Part shown: one piece after another, positions 25,901-40,900 of the stretch
Layout: each line of letters starts with the position of its first letter
Position numbering within the stretch: the first letter of the stretch is position 1
DNA from: Eledone cirrhosa
Taxonomy: Eukaryota
Direction: 5' to 3'
DNA: 64,000 bases
NCBI GenBank assembly: GCA_964016885.1
Contig: OZ024741.1
Location: 253,828,001-253,892,000 of the forward strand
Notes under the pieces: generated by a model
What the model was told of the DNA's origin: nothing
Databases searched by the model: none
Seen by the model: the letters and a program-made list of their open reading frames with translations, nothing else
Translations under genes and position numbers: made by a program

Positions 25901-28900
25901 TGTATGTGTGACATTATGACTGTATATATACCTGTTGGTGTATGTGTGACATTAAGACTGTGTATATACCTGTTGGTGTATGTGTGACATTAAGACTGTA
26001 TATATACCTGTTGGTGTATGTGTGACATTAAGACTGTGTATATACCTGTTGGTGTATGTGTGACATTATGACTGTATATATACCTGTTGGTGTATGTGTG
26101 ACATTAAGACTGTATATATACCTGTTGGTGTATGTGTGACATTAAGACTGTATATATACCTGTTGGTGTATGTGTGATATTAAGACTGTATATATACCTG
26201 CTGGTGTATGTGTGACATTATGACTGTGTATATACCTGTTGGTGTATGTGTGATATTAAGACTGTATATATACCTGTTGGTGTATGTGTGACATTAAGAC
26301 TGTATATATACCTGTTGGTGTATGTGTGACATTAAGACTGTATATATACCTGTTGGTGTATGTGTGACATTAAGACTGTATATATACCTGTTGGTGTATG
26401 TCTGACATTAAGACTGTATATATACCTGTGGGTGTATGTGTGACATTATGACTGTGTATACCTGTTGGTGTATGTGTGACATTATGACTGTGTATATACC
26501 TGTTGGTGTATGTGTGACATTAAGAGTGTATATATACCTGTTGGTGTATGTGTGACATTAAGACTGTATATATACCTGTTGGTGTATGTGTGACATTAAG
26601 TCTGTATATATACCTGTTGGTGTATGTGTGAGATTAAGACTGTATATATACCTGTTGGTGTACGTGTGACATTATGACTGTGTATATACCTGTTGGTGTA
26701 TGTGTTACATTAAGACTGTATATATACCTGTTGGTGTATGTGTGACATTAAGACTGTATATATACCTGTTGGTGTATGTGTGACATTAAGACTGTATATA
26801 TACCTGTTGGTGTATGTGTGACATTAAGACTGTATATATACCTGTTGGTGTATGTGTGACATTATGACTGTGTATATACCTGTTGGTGTATGTGTGACAT
26901 TAAGACTGTATATATACCTGTTGGTGTATGTGTGACATTATGACTGTGTATATACCTGTTGGTGTATGTGTGACATTAAGACTGAATATATACCTGTCGG
27001 TGTATGTATGACATTATGACTGTGTATATACCTGTTGGTGTATGTGTGACATTAAGACTGTATATATACCTGTTGGTGTATGTGTGACAGTATGATGTGT
27101 ATATACCTGTTGGTGTATGTGTGACATTATGACTGTGTATATACCTGTTGGTGTATGTGTGACATTAAGACTGTATATATACCTGTTGGTGTATGTGTGA
27201 CATTAAGACTGTATATATACCTGTTGGTGTATGTGTGACATTAAGACAGTATATATACCTGTTGGTGTATGTGTGACATTAAGACTGTATATATACCTGT
27301 TGGTGTATGTGTGACATTAAGACTGTATATATACCTGTTGGTGTATGTGTGACATTATGACTGTGTATATACCTGTTGGTGTATGTGTGACATTAAGACT
27401 GTATATATACCTGTTGGTGTATGTGTGACATTAAGACTGTATATATACCTGTTGGTGTATGTGTGACATTAAGACTGTATATATACCTGTTGGTGTATGT
27501 GTGACAGTATGATGTGTATATACCTGTTGGTGTATGTGTGACATTATGACTGTGTATATACCTGTTGGTGTATGTGTGACATTAAGACTGTATATATACC
27601 TGTTGGTGTATGTGTGACATTAAGACTGTGTATATACCTGCTGGTGTATGTGTGACATTATGACTGTGTATATACCTGTTGGTGTATGTGTGACATTAAG
27701 ACTGTATATATACCTGTTGGTGTATGTGTGACATTAAGACTGTATATATACCTGTTGGTGTATGTGTGACATTATGACTGTGTATATACCTGTTGGTGTA
27801 TGTGTGACATTAAGACTGTATACCTGTTGGTGTACGTGTGACATTAAGACTGTGTATATACCTGTTGGTGTATGTGTGACATTATGACTGTATATATACC
27901 TGTTGGTGTATGTGTGACATTAAGACTGTGTATATACCTGTTGGTGTATGTGTGACATTAAGACTGTATATATACCTGTTGGTGTATGTGTGACATTAAG
28001 ACTGTGTATATACCTGTTGGTGTATGTGTGACATTATGACTGTATATATACCTGTTGGTGTATGTGTGACAATATGACTGTATATATACCTGTTGGTGTA
28101 TGTGTGACATTATGACTGTGTATATACCTGTTGGTGTATGTGTGACATTAAGACTGTATATATACCTGTTGGTGTATGTGTGACATTATGACTGTGTATA
28201 TACCTGTTGGTGTATGTGTGACATTAAGACTGAATATATACCTGTCGGTGTATGTATGACATTATGACTGTGTATATACCTGTTGGTGTATGTGTGACAT
28301 TAAGACTGTATATATACCTGTTGGTGTATGTGTGACAGTATGATGTGTATATACCTGTTGGTGTATGTGTGACATTATGACTGTGTATATACCTGTTGGT
28401 GTATGTGTGACATTAAGACTGTATATATACCTGTTGGTGTATGTGTGACATTAAGACTGTATATATACCTGTTGGTGTATGTGTGACATTAAGACAGTAT
28501 ATATACCTGTTGGTGTATGTGTGACATTAAGACTGTATATATACCTGTTGGTGTATGTGTGACATTAAGACTGTATATATACCTGTTGGTGTATGTGTGA
28601 CATTATGACTGTGTATATACCTGTTGGTGTATGTGTGACATTAAGACTGTATATATACCTGTTGGTGTATGTGTGACATTAAGACTGTATATATACCTGT
28701 TGGTGTATGTGTGACATTAAGACTGTATATATACCTGTTGGTGTATGTGTGACAGTATGATGTGTATATACCTGTTGGTGTATGTGTGACATTATGACTG
28801 TGTATATACCTGTTGGTGTATGTGTGACATTAAGACTGTATATATACCTGTTGGTGTATGTGTGACATTAAGACTGTGTATATACCTGCTGGTGTATGTG

Positions 28901-31900
28901 TGACATTATGACTGTGTATATACCTGTTGGTGTATGTGTGACATTAAGACTGTATATATACCTGTTGGTGTATGTGTGACATTAAGACTGTATATATACC
29001 TGTTGGTGTATGTGTGACATTATGACTGTGTATATACCTGTTGGTGTATGTGTGACATTAAGACTGTATACCTGTTGGTGTACGTGTGACATTAAGACTG
29101 TGTATATACCTGTTGGTGTATGTGTGACATTATGACTGTATATATACCTGTTGGTGTATGTGTGACATTAAGACTGTGTATATACCTGTTGGTGTATGTG
29201 TGACATTAAGACTGTATATATACCTGTTGGTGTATGTGTGACATTAAGACTGTGTATATACCTGTTGGTGTATGTGTGACATTATGACTGTATATATACC
29301 TGTTGGTGTATGTGTGACAATATGACTGTATATATACCTGTTGGTGTATGTGTGACATTATGACTGTATATATACCTGTTGGTGTATGTGTGACACTATG
29401 ACTGTGTATATACCTGTTGGTGTATGTGTGACATTATGACTGTGTATATACCTGTTGGTGTATGTGTGACATTAAGACTGTTTACCTGTTGGTGTACGTG
29501 TGACATTAAGACTGTGTATATACCTGTTGGTGTATGTGTGACATTATGACTGTATATATACCTGTTGGTGTATGTGTGACATTAAGACTGTGTATATACC
29601 TGTTGGTGTATGTGTGACATTAAGACTGTATATATACCTGTTGGTGTATGTGTGACATTAAGACTGTGTATATACCTGTTGGTGTATGTGTGACATTATG
29701 ACTGTATATATACCTGTTGGTGTATGTGTGACATTAAGACTGTATATATACCTGTTGGTGTATGTGTGACATTAAGACTGTATATATACCTGTTGGTGTA
29801 TGTGTGATATTAAGACTGTATATATACCTGTTGGTGTATGTGTGACATTAAGACTGTATATATACCTGTTGGTGTATGTGTGACATTAAGACTGTATATA
29901 TACCTGTTGGTGTATGTGTGACATTAAGACTGTATATATACCTGTTGGTGTATGTCTGACATTAAGACTGTATATATACCTGTGGGTGTATGTGTGACAT
30001 TATGACTGTGTATACCTGTTGGTGTATGTGTGACATTATGACTGTGTATATACCTGTTGGTGTATGTGTGACATTATGACTGTGTATATACCTGTTGGTG
30101 TATGTGTGACATTAAGACTGTATATATACCTGTTGGTGTATGTGTGACATTAAGACTGTGTATACCTGTTGGTGTATGTGTGACAGTATGACTGTGTATA
30201 TACCTGTTGGTGTATGTGTGACATTATGACTGTGTATATACCTGTTGGTGTATGTGTGACATTAAGACTGTATATATACCTGTTGGTGTATGTGTCACAT
30301 TATGACTGTATATATACCTGTTGGTGTATGTGTCACATTATGACTGTATATATACCTGTTGGTGTATATGTGACATTAAGACTGTATATATACCTGTTGG
30401 TGTATGTGTGACATTAAGACTGTATATATAACTGTTGGTGTATGTGTGACATTATGACTGTATATATACCTGTTGGTGTATGTGTGACATTAAGACTGTG
30501 TATATACCTGTTGGTGTATGTGTGACATTAAGACTGTATATATACCTGTTGGTGTATGTGTGACATTATGACTGTATATATACCTGTTGGTGTATGTGTG
30601 ACATTATGACTGTATATATACCTGTTGGTGTATGTGTGACATTAAGTCTGTGTACCTGTTGGTGTATGTGTGACATTAAGACTGTGTATATACCTGTTGG
30701 TGTATGTGTGACATTAAGACTGTGTATACCTGTTGGTGTATGTGTGACAGTATGACTGTGTGTATACCTGTTGGTGTATGTGTGACATTATGACTGTGTA
30801 TATACCTGTTGGTTTATGTGTGACATTAAGACTGTATATATACCTGTTGGTGTATGTGTGACATTAGGACTGTATATATACCTGTTGGTGTATGTGTGAC
30901 ATTAAGACTGTATATATATACCTGTTGGTGTATGTGTGATATTAAGACTGTATATATACCTGCTGGTGTATGTGTGACATTATGACTGTGTATATACCTG
31001 TTGGTGTATGTGTGATATTAAGAGTGTATATATACCTGTTGGTGTATGTGTCACATTAAGACTGTATATATACCTGTTGGTGTATGTGTGACGTTAAGAC
31101 TGTATATATACCTGTTGGTGTATGTGCGACATTAAGACTGTATATATACCTGTTGGTGTATGTGTGACATTAAGACTGTATATATACCTGTTGGTGTATG
31201 TCTGACATTAAGACTGTATATATACCTGTTGGTGTATGTGTGACATTATGACTGTGTATACCTGTTGGTGTATGTGTGACATTATGACTGTGTATATACC
31301 TGTTGGTGTATGTGTGACATTAAGACTGTATATATACCTGTTGGTGTATCTGTGACATTAAGACTGTGTATACCTGTTGGTGTATGTGTGACAGTATGAC
31401 TGTGTATATACCTGTTGGTGTATGTGTGACATTATGACTGTGTATATACCTGTTGGTGTATGTGTGACATTAAGACTGTATATATACCTGTTGGTGTATG
31501 TGTGACATTAAGACTGTATATATACCTGTTGGTGTATGTGTGACATTAAGACAGTATATATACCTGTTGGTGTATGTGTGACATTAAGACTGTATATATA
31601 CCTGTTGGTGTATGTGTGACATTAAGACTGTATATATACCTGTTGGTGTATGTGTGACATTATGACTGTGTATATACCTGTTGGTGTATGTGTGACATTA
31701 AGACTGTATATATACCTGTTGGTGTATGTGTGACATTAAGACTGTATATATACCTGTTGGTGTATGTGTGACATTAAGACTGTATATATACCTGTTGGTG
31801 TATGTGTGACATTAAGACTGTATATATACCTGTTGGTGTATGTGTGACATTATGACTGTGTATATACCTGTTGGTGTATGTGTGACATTAAGACTGTATA

Positions 31901-34900
31901 TATACCTGTTGGTGTATGTGTGACATTATGACTGTGTATATACCTGTTGGTGTATGTGTGATATTAAGACTGAATATATACCTGTTGGTGTATGTATGAC
32001 ATTATGACTGTGTATATACCTGTTGGTGTATGTGTGACATTAAGACTGTATATATACCTGTTGGTGTATGTGTGACATTAAGACTGTGTATATACCTGCT
32101 GGTGTATGTGTGACATTATGACTGTGTATATACCTGTTGGTGTATGTGTGACATTAAGACTGTATATATACCTGTTGGTGTATGTGTGACATTAAGACTG
32201 TATATATACCTGTTGGTGTATGTGTGACATTATGACTGTGTATATACCTGTTGGTGTATGTGTGACATTAAGACTGTATACCTGTTGGTGTACGTGTGAC
32301 ATTAAGACTGTGTATATACCTGTTGGTGTATGTGTGACATTATGACTGTATATATACCTGTTGGTGTATGTGTGACATTAAGACTGTGTATATACCTGTT
32401 GGTGTATGTGTGACATTAAGACTGTATATATAACTGTTGGTGTATGTGTGACATTAAGACTGTGTATATACCTGTTGGTGTATGTGTGACATTATGACTG
32501 TATATATACCTGTTGGTGTATGTGTGACATTATGACTGTATATATACCTGTTGGTGTATGTGTGACATTATGACTGTATATATACCTGTTGGTGTATGTG
32601 TGACACTATGACTGTGTATATACCTGTTGGTGTATGTGTGACATTATGACTGTGTATATACATGTTGGTGTATGTGTGACATTAAGACTGTGTATATACC
32701 TGTTGGCGTATGTGTGACATTATGACTGTATACCTGTTGGTGTATGTGTGACATTATGACTGTATATATACCTGTTGGTGTATGTGTGACATTAAGACTG
32801 TATATATACCTGTTGGTGTATGTGTGACATTATGACTGTGTATATACCTGTTGGTGTATGTGTGACATTAAGACTGTATACCTGTTGGTGTATGTGTGAC
32901 ATTAAGACTGTGTATATACCTGTTGGTGTATGTGTGACATTATGACTGTATATATACCTGTTGGTGTATATGTGACATTAAGACTGTGTACCTGTTGGTG
33001 TATGTGTGACATTAAGACTGTGTATATACCTGTTGGTGTATGTGTGACATTAAGACTGTATATATACCTGTTGGTGTATGTGTGACATTATGACTGTGTA
33101 TACCTGTTGGTGTATGTGTGACATTATGACTGTGTATATACCTGTTGGTGTATGTGTGACATTATGACTGTGTATATACCTGTTGGTGTATGTGTGACAT
33201 TAAGACTGTATATATACCTGTTGGTGTATGTGTGACATTAAGACTGTGTATACCTGTTGGTGTATGTGTGACAGTATGACTGTGTATATACCTGTTGGTG
33301 TATGTGTGACATTAAGACTGTATATATACCTGTTGGTGTATGTGTGACATTATGACTGTGTATATACCTGTTGGTGTATGTGTGACATTAAGACTGTATA
33401 TATACCTGTTGGTGTATGTGTGACATTAAGACTGTGTATATACCTGCTGGTGTATGTGTGACATTATGACTGTGTATATACCTGTTGGTGTATGTGTGAC
33501 ATTAAGACTGTATATATACCTGTTGGTGTATGTGTGACATTAAGACTGTATATATACCTGTTGTTGTATGTGTGACATTATGACTGTGTATATACCTGTT
33601 GGTGTATGTGTGACATTAAGACTGTATACCTGTTGGTGTACGTGTGACATTAAGACTGTGTATATACCTGTTGGTGTATGTGTGACATTATGACTGTATA
33701 TATACCTGTTGGTGTATGTGTGACATTAAGACTGTGTATATACCTGTTGGTGTATGTGTGACATTAAGACTGTATATATACCTGTTGGTGTATGTGTGAC
33801 ATTAAGACTGTGTATATACCTGTTGGTGTATGTGTGACATTATGACTGTATATATACCTGTTGGTGTATGTGTGACATTAAGACTGTATATATACCTGTT
33901 GGTGTATGTGTGACATTAAGACTGTATATATACCTGTTGGTGTATGTGTGATATTAAGACTGTATATATACCTGCTGGTGTATGTGTGACATTATGACTG
34001 TGTATATACCTGTTGGTGTATGTGTGATATTAAGACTGTATATATACCTGTTGGTGTATGTGTGACATTAAGACTGTATATATACCTGTTGGTGTATGTG
34101 TGACATTAAGACTGTATATATACCTGTTGGTGTATGTGTGACATTAAGACTGTATATATACCTGTTGGTGTATGTCTGACATTAAGACTGTATATATACC
34201 TGTGGGTGTATGTGTGACATTATGACTGTGTATACCTGTTGGTGTATGTGTGACATTATGACTGTGTATATACCTGTTGGTGTATGTGTGACATTAAGAG
34301 TGTATATATACCTGTTGGTGTATGTGTGACATTAAGACTGTATATATACCTGTTGGTGTATGTGTGACATTAAGTCTGTATATATACCTGTTGGTGTATG
34401 TGTGAGATTAAGACTGTATATATACCTGTTGGTGTACGTGTGACATTATGACTGTGTATATACCTGTTGGTGTATGTGTTACATTAAGACTGTATATATA
34501 CCTGTTGGTGTATGTGTGACATTAAGACTGTATATATACCTGTTGGTGTATGTGTGACATTAAGACTGTATATATACCTGTTGGTGTATGTGTGACATTA
34601 AGACTGTATATATACCTGTTGGTGTATGTGTGACATTATGACTGTGTATATACCTGTTGGTGTATGTGTGACATTAAGACTGTATATATACCTGTTGGTG
34701 TATGTGTGACATTATGACTGTGTATATACCTGTTGGTGTATGTGTGACATTAAGACTGAATATATACCTGTCGGTGTATGTATGACATTATGACTGTGTA
34801 TATACCTGTTGGTGTATGTGTGACATTAAGACTGTATATATACCTGTTGGTGTATGTGTGACAGTATGATGTGTATATACCTGTTGGTGTATGTGTGACA

Positions 34901-37900
34901 TTATGACTGTGTATATACCTGTTGGTGTATGTGTGACATTAAGACTGTATATATACCTGTTGGTGTATGTGTGACATTAAGACTGTATATATACCTGTTG
35001 GTGTATGTGTGACATTAAGACAGTATATATACCTGTTGGTGTATGTGTGACATTAAGACTGTATATATACCTGTTGGTGTATGTGTGACATTAAGACTGT
35101 ATATATACCTGTTGGTGTATGTGTGACATTATGACTGTGTATATACCTGTTGGTGTATGTGTGACATTAAGACTGTATATATACCTGTTGGTGTATGTGT
35201 GACATTAAGACTGTATATATACCTGTTGGTGTATGTGTGACATTAAGACTGTATATATACCTGTTGGTGTATGTGTGACAGTATGATGTGTATATACCTG
35301 TTGGTGTATGTGTGACATTATGACTGTGTATATACCTGTTGGTGTATGTGTGACATTAAGACTGTATATATACCTGTTGGTGTATGTGTGACATTAAGAC
35401 TGTGTATATACCTGCTGGTGTATGTGTGACATTATGACTGTGTATATACCTGTTGGTGTATGTGTGACATTAAGACTGTATATATACCTGTTGGTGTATG
35501 TGTGACATTAAGACTGTATATATACCTGTTGGTGTATGTGTGACATTATGACTGTGTATATACCTGTTGGTGTATGTGTGACATTAAGACTGTATACCTG
35601 TTGGTGTACGTGTGACATTAAGACTGTGTATATACCTGTTGGTGTATGTGTGACATTATGACTGTATATATACCTGTTGGTGTATGTGTGACATTAAGAC
35701 TGTGTATATACCTGTTGGTGTATGTGTGACATTAAGACTGTATATATACCTGTTGGTGTATGTGTGACATTAAGACTGTGTATATACCTGTTGGTGTATG
35801 TGTGACATTATGACTGTATATATACCTGTTGGTGTATGTGTGACAATATGACTGTATATATACCTGTTGGTGTATGTGTGACATTATGACTGTATATATA
35901 CCTGTTGGTGTATGTGTGACACTATGACTGTGTATATACCTGTTGGTGTATGTGTGACATTATGACTGTGTATATACCTGTTGGTGTATGTGTGACATTA
36001 AGACTGTTTACCTGTTGGTGTACGTGTGACATTAAGACTGTGTATATACCTGTTGGTGTATGTGTGACATTATGACTGTATATATACCTGTTGGTGTATG
36101 TGTGACATTAAGACTGTGTATATACCTGTTGGTGTATGTGTGACATTAAGACTGTATATATACCTGTTGGTGTATGTGTGACATTAAGACTGTGTATATA
36201 CCTGTTGGTGTATGTGTGACATTATGACTGTATATATACCTGTTGGTGTATGTGTGACATTAAGACTGTATATATACCTGTTGGTGTATGTGTGACATTA
36301 AGACTGTATATATACCTGTTGGTGTATGTGTGATATTAAGACTGTATATATACCTGCTGGTGTATGTGTGACATTATGACTGTGTATATACCTGTTGGTG
36401 TATGTGTGATATTAAGACTGTATATATACCTGTTGGTGTATGTGTGACATTAAGACTGTATATATACCTGTTGGTGTATGTGTGACATTAAGACTGTATA
36501 TATACCTGTTGGTGTATGTGTGACATTAAGACTGTATATATACCTGTTGGTGTATGTCTGACATTAAGACTGTATATATACCTGTGGGTGTATGTGTGAC
36601 ATTATGACTGTGTATACCTGTTGGTGTATGTGTGACATTATGACTGTGTATATACCTGTTGGTGTATGTGTGACATTATGACTGTGTATATACCTGTTGG
36701 TGTATGTGTGACATTAAGACTGTATATATACCTGTTGGTGTATGTGTGACATTAAGACTGTGTATACCTGTTGGTGTATGTGTGACAGTATGACTGTGTA
36801 TATACCTGTTGGTGTATGTGTGACATTATGACTGTGTATATACCTGTTGGTGTATGTGTGACATTAAGACTGTATATATACCTGTTGGTGTATGTGTCAC
36901 ATTATGACTGTATATATACCTGTTGGTGTATGTGTCACATTATGACTGTATATATACCTGTTGGTGTATATGTGACATTAAGACTGTATATATACCTGTT
37001 GGTGTATGTGTGACATTAAGACTGTATATATAACTGTTGGTGTATGTGTGACATTATGACTGTATATATACCTGTTGGTGTATGTGTGACATTAAGACTG
37101 TGTATATACCTGTTGGTGTATGTGTGACATTAAGACTGTATATATACCTGTTGGTGTATGTGTGACATTATGACTGTATATATACCTGTTGGTGTATGTG
37201 TGACATTATGACTGTATATATACCTGTTGGTGTATGTGTGACATTAAGTCTGTGTACCTGTTGGTGTATGTGTGACATTAAGACTGTGTATATACCTGTT
37301 GGTGTATGTGTGACATTAAGACTGTGTATACCTGTTGGTGTATGTGTGACAGTATGACTGTGTGTATACCTGTTGGTGTATGTGTGACATTATGACTGTG
37401 TATATACCTGTTGGTTTATGTGTGACATTAAGACTGTATATATACCTGTTGGTGTATGTGTGACATTAGGACTGTATATATACCTGTTGGTGTATGTGTG
37501 ACATTAAGACTGTATATATATACCTGTTGGTGTATGTGTGATATTAAGACTGTATATATACCTGCTGGTGTATGTGTGACATTATGACTGTGTATATACC
37601 TGTTGGTGTATGTGTGATATTAAGAGTGTATATATACCTGTTGGTGTATGTGTCACATTAAGACTGTATATATACCTGTTGGTGTATGTGTGACGTTAAG
37701 ACTGTATATATACCTGTTGGTGTATGTGCGACATTAAGACTGTATATATACCTGTTGGTGTATGTGTGACATTAAGACTGTATATATACCTGTTGGTGTA
37801 TGTCTGACATTAAGACTGTATATATACCTGTTGGTGTATGTGTGACATTATGACTGTGTATACCTGTTGGTGTATGTGTGACATTATGACTGTGTATATA

Positions 37901-40900
37901 CCTGTTGGTGTATGTGTGACATTAAGACTGTATATATACCTGTTGGTGTATCTGTGACATTAAGACTGTGTATACCTGTTGGTGTATGTGTGACAGTATG
38001 ACTGTGTATATACCTGTTGGTGTATGTGTGACATTATGACTGTGTATATACCTGTTGGTGTATGTGTGATATTAAGACTGTATATATACCTGTTGGTGTA
38101 TGTGTGACATTAAGACTGTATATATACCTGTTGGTGTATGTGTGACATTATGACTGTGTATATACCTGTTGGTGTATGTGTGACATTAAGACTGTATATA
38201 TACCTGTTGGTGTATGTGTGACATTAAGACTGTATATATACCTGTTGGTGTATGTGTGACATTAAGTCTGTATATATACCTGTTGGTGTATGTGTGACAT
38301 TAAGACTGTATATATACCTGTTGGTGTATGTGTGACATTATGACTGTGTATATACCTGTTGGTGTATGTGTGACATTAAGACTGTATATATACCTGTTGG
38401 TGTATGTGTGACATTAAGACTGTATATATACCTGTTGGTGGATGTGTGACATTAAGACTGTATATATACCTGTTGGTGTATGTGTGACATTAAGACTGTA
38501 TATATACCTGTTGGTGTATGTGTGACATTATGACTGTGTATATACCTGTTGGTGTATGTGTGACATTAAGACTGTATATATACCTGTTGGTGTATGTGTG
38601 ACATTATGACTGTGTATATACCTGTTGGTGTATGTGTGACATTAAGACTGAATATATACCTGTTGGTGTATGTATGACATTATGACTGTGTATATACCTG
38701 TTGGTGTATGTGTGACATTAAGACTGTGTATATACCTGTTGGTGTATGTGTGACGTTTTGACTGTATATATACCTGTTGGTGTATGTGTGACATTATGAC
38801 TGTATATATACCTGTTGGTGTATGTGTGACATTATGACTGTGTATATACCTGTTGGTGTATGTGTGACATTATGACTGTGTATATACATGTTGGTGTATG
38901 TGTGACATTATGACTGTGTATATACCTGTTGGTGTATGTGTGACATTATGACTTCATATATACCTGTTGGTGTATGTGTGACATTAAGACTGTATATATA
39001 CCTATTGGTGTATGTGTCACATTATGACTGTATATATACCTGTTGGTGTATGTGTCACATTATGACTGTATATATACCTGTTGGTGTATGTGTGACATTA
39101 TGACTGTATATATACCTGTTGGTGTATATGTGACATTAAGACTGTATATATACCTGTTGGTGTATGTGTGACATTAAGACATTATATATACCTGTTGGTG
39201 TATGTGTGACATTATGACTGTATATATACCTGTTGGTGTATGTGTGACATTAAGACTGTGTATATACCTGTTGGTGTATGTGTGACATTAAGACTGTGTA
39301 TATACCTGTTGGTGTATGTGTGACATTAAGACTGTATATATACCTGTTGGTGTATGTGTGACATTAAGACTGTATATATACCTGTTGGTGTATGTGTGAC
39401 ATTATGACTGTATATATACCTGTTGGTGTATGTGTGACATTAAGACTGTATACCTGTTGGTGTATGTGTGACATTAAGACTGTGTGTGTATATACCTGTT
39501 GGTGTATGTGTGACATTAAGACTGTATATATACCTGTTGGTGTATGTGTGACATTAAGACTGCATATATACCTGTTGGTGTATGTGTGACATTAAGACTG
39601 TGTATATACCTGTTGGTGTATGTGTGACATTATGACTGTATATATACCTGTTGGTATATGTGTGACATTAAGACTGTATATATACCTGTTGGTGTGTGTG
39701 TGACATTATGACTGTATATATACCTGTTGGTGTATGTGTGACATTATGACTGTATATATACCTGTTGGTGTATGTGTGACATTAAGACTGTATATATAGC
39801 TGTTGGTGTATGTGTGACATTATGACTGTATATATACCTGTTGGTGTATGTGTGACATTAAGACTGTATATATACCTGTTGGTGTATGTGTGACATTAAG
39901 ACTGTATATATACCTGTTGGTGTATGTGTGACATTAAGACTGTATATATACCTGTTGGTGTATGTGTGACATTATGACTGTATATATACCTGTTGGTGTA
40001 TGTGTGACATTATGACTGTATACCTGTTGGTGTATGTGTGACATTATAACTGTATATATACCTGTTGGTGTATGTGTGACATTAAGACTGTATATATACC
40101 TGTTGGTGTATGTGTGACATTATGACTGTGTCTATACCTGTTGGTGTATGTGTGACATTAAGTCTGTATACCTGTTGGTGTATGTGTGACATTAAGACTG
40201 TGTATATACCTGTTGGTGTATGTGTGACATTATGACTGTATATATACCTGTTGGTGTATGTGTGACATTAAGACTGTGTACCTGTTGGTGTATGTGTGAC
40301 ATTAAGACTGTGTATATACCTGTTGGTGTATGTGTGACATTAAGACTGTATATATACCTGTTGGTGTATGTGTGACATTATGACTGTGTATACCTGTTGG
40401 TGTATGTGTGACATTATGACTGTGTATATACCTGTTGGTGTATGTGTGACATTAAGACTGTATATATACCTGTTGGTGTATGTGTGACATTAAGACTGTG
40501 TATACCTGTTGGTGTATGTGTGACAGTATGACTGTGTGTATACCTGTTGGTGTATGTGTGACATTATGACTGTGTATATACCTGTTGGTGTATGTGTGAC
40601 ATTAAGACTGTATATATCACATATACACCTGTTGGTGTATGTGTGACATTAAGACTGTATATATACCTGTTGGTGTATGTGTGACATTAAGACTGTATAT
40701 ATACCTGTTGGTGTATGTGTGATATTAAGACTTATATATACCTGCTGATGTATGTGTGACATTATGACTGTGTATATACCTGTTGGTGTATGTGTGATAT
40801 TAAGACTGTATATATACCTGTTGGTGTATGTGTGACATTAAGACTGTATATATACCTGTTGGTGTATGTGTGACATTAAGACTGTATATATACCTGTTGG

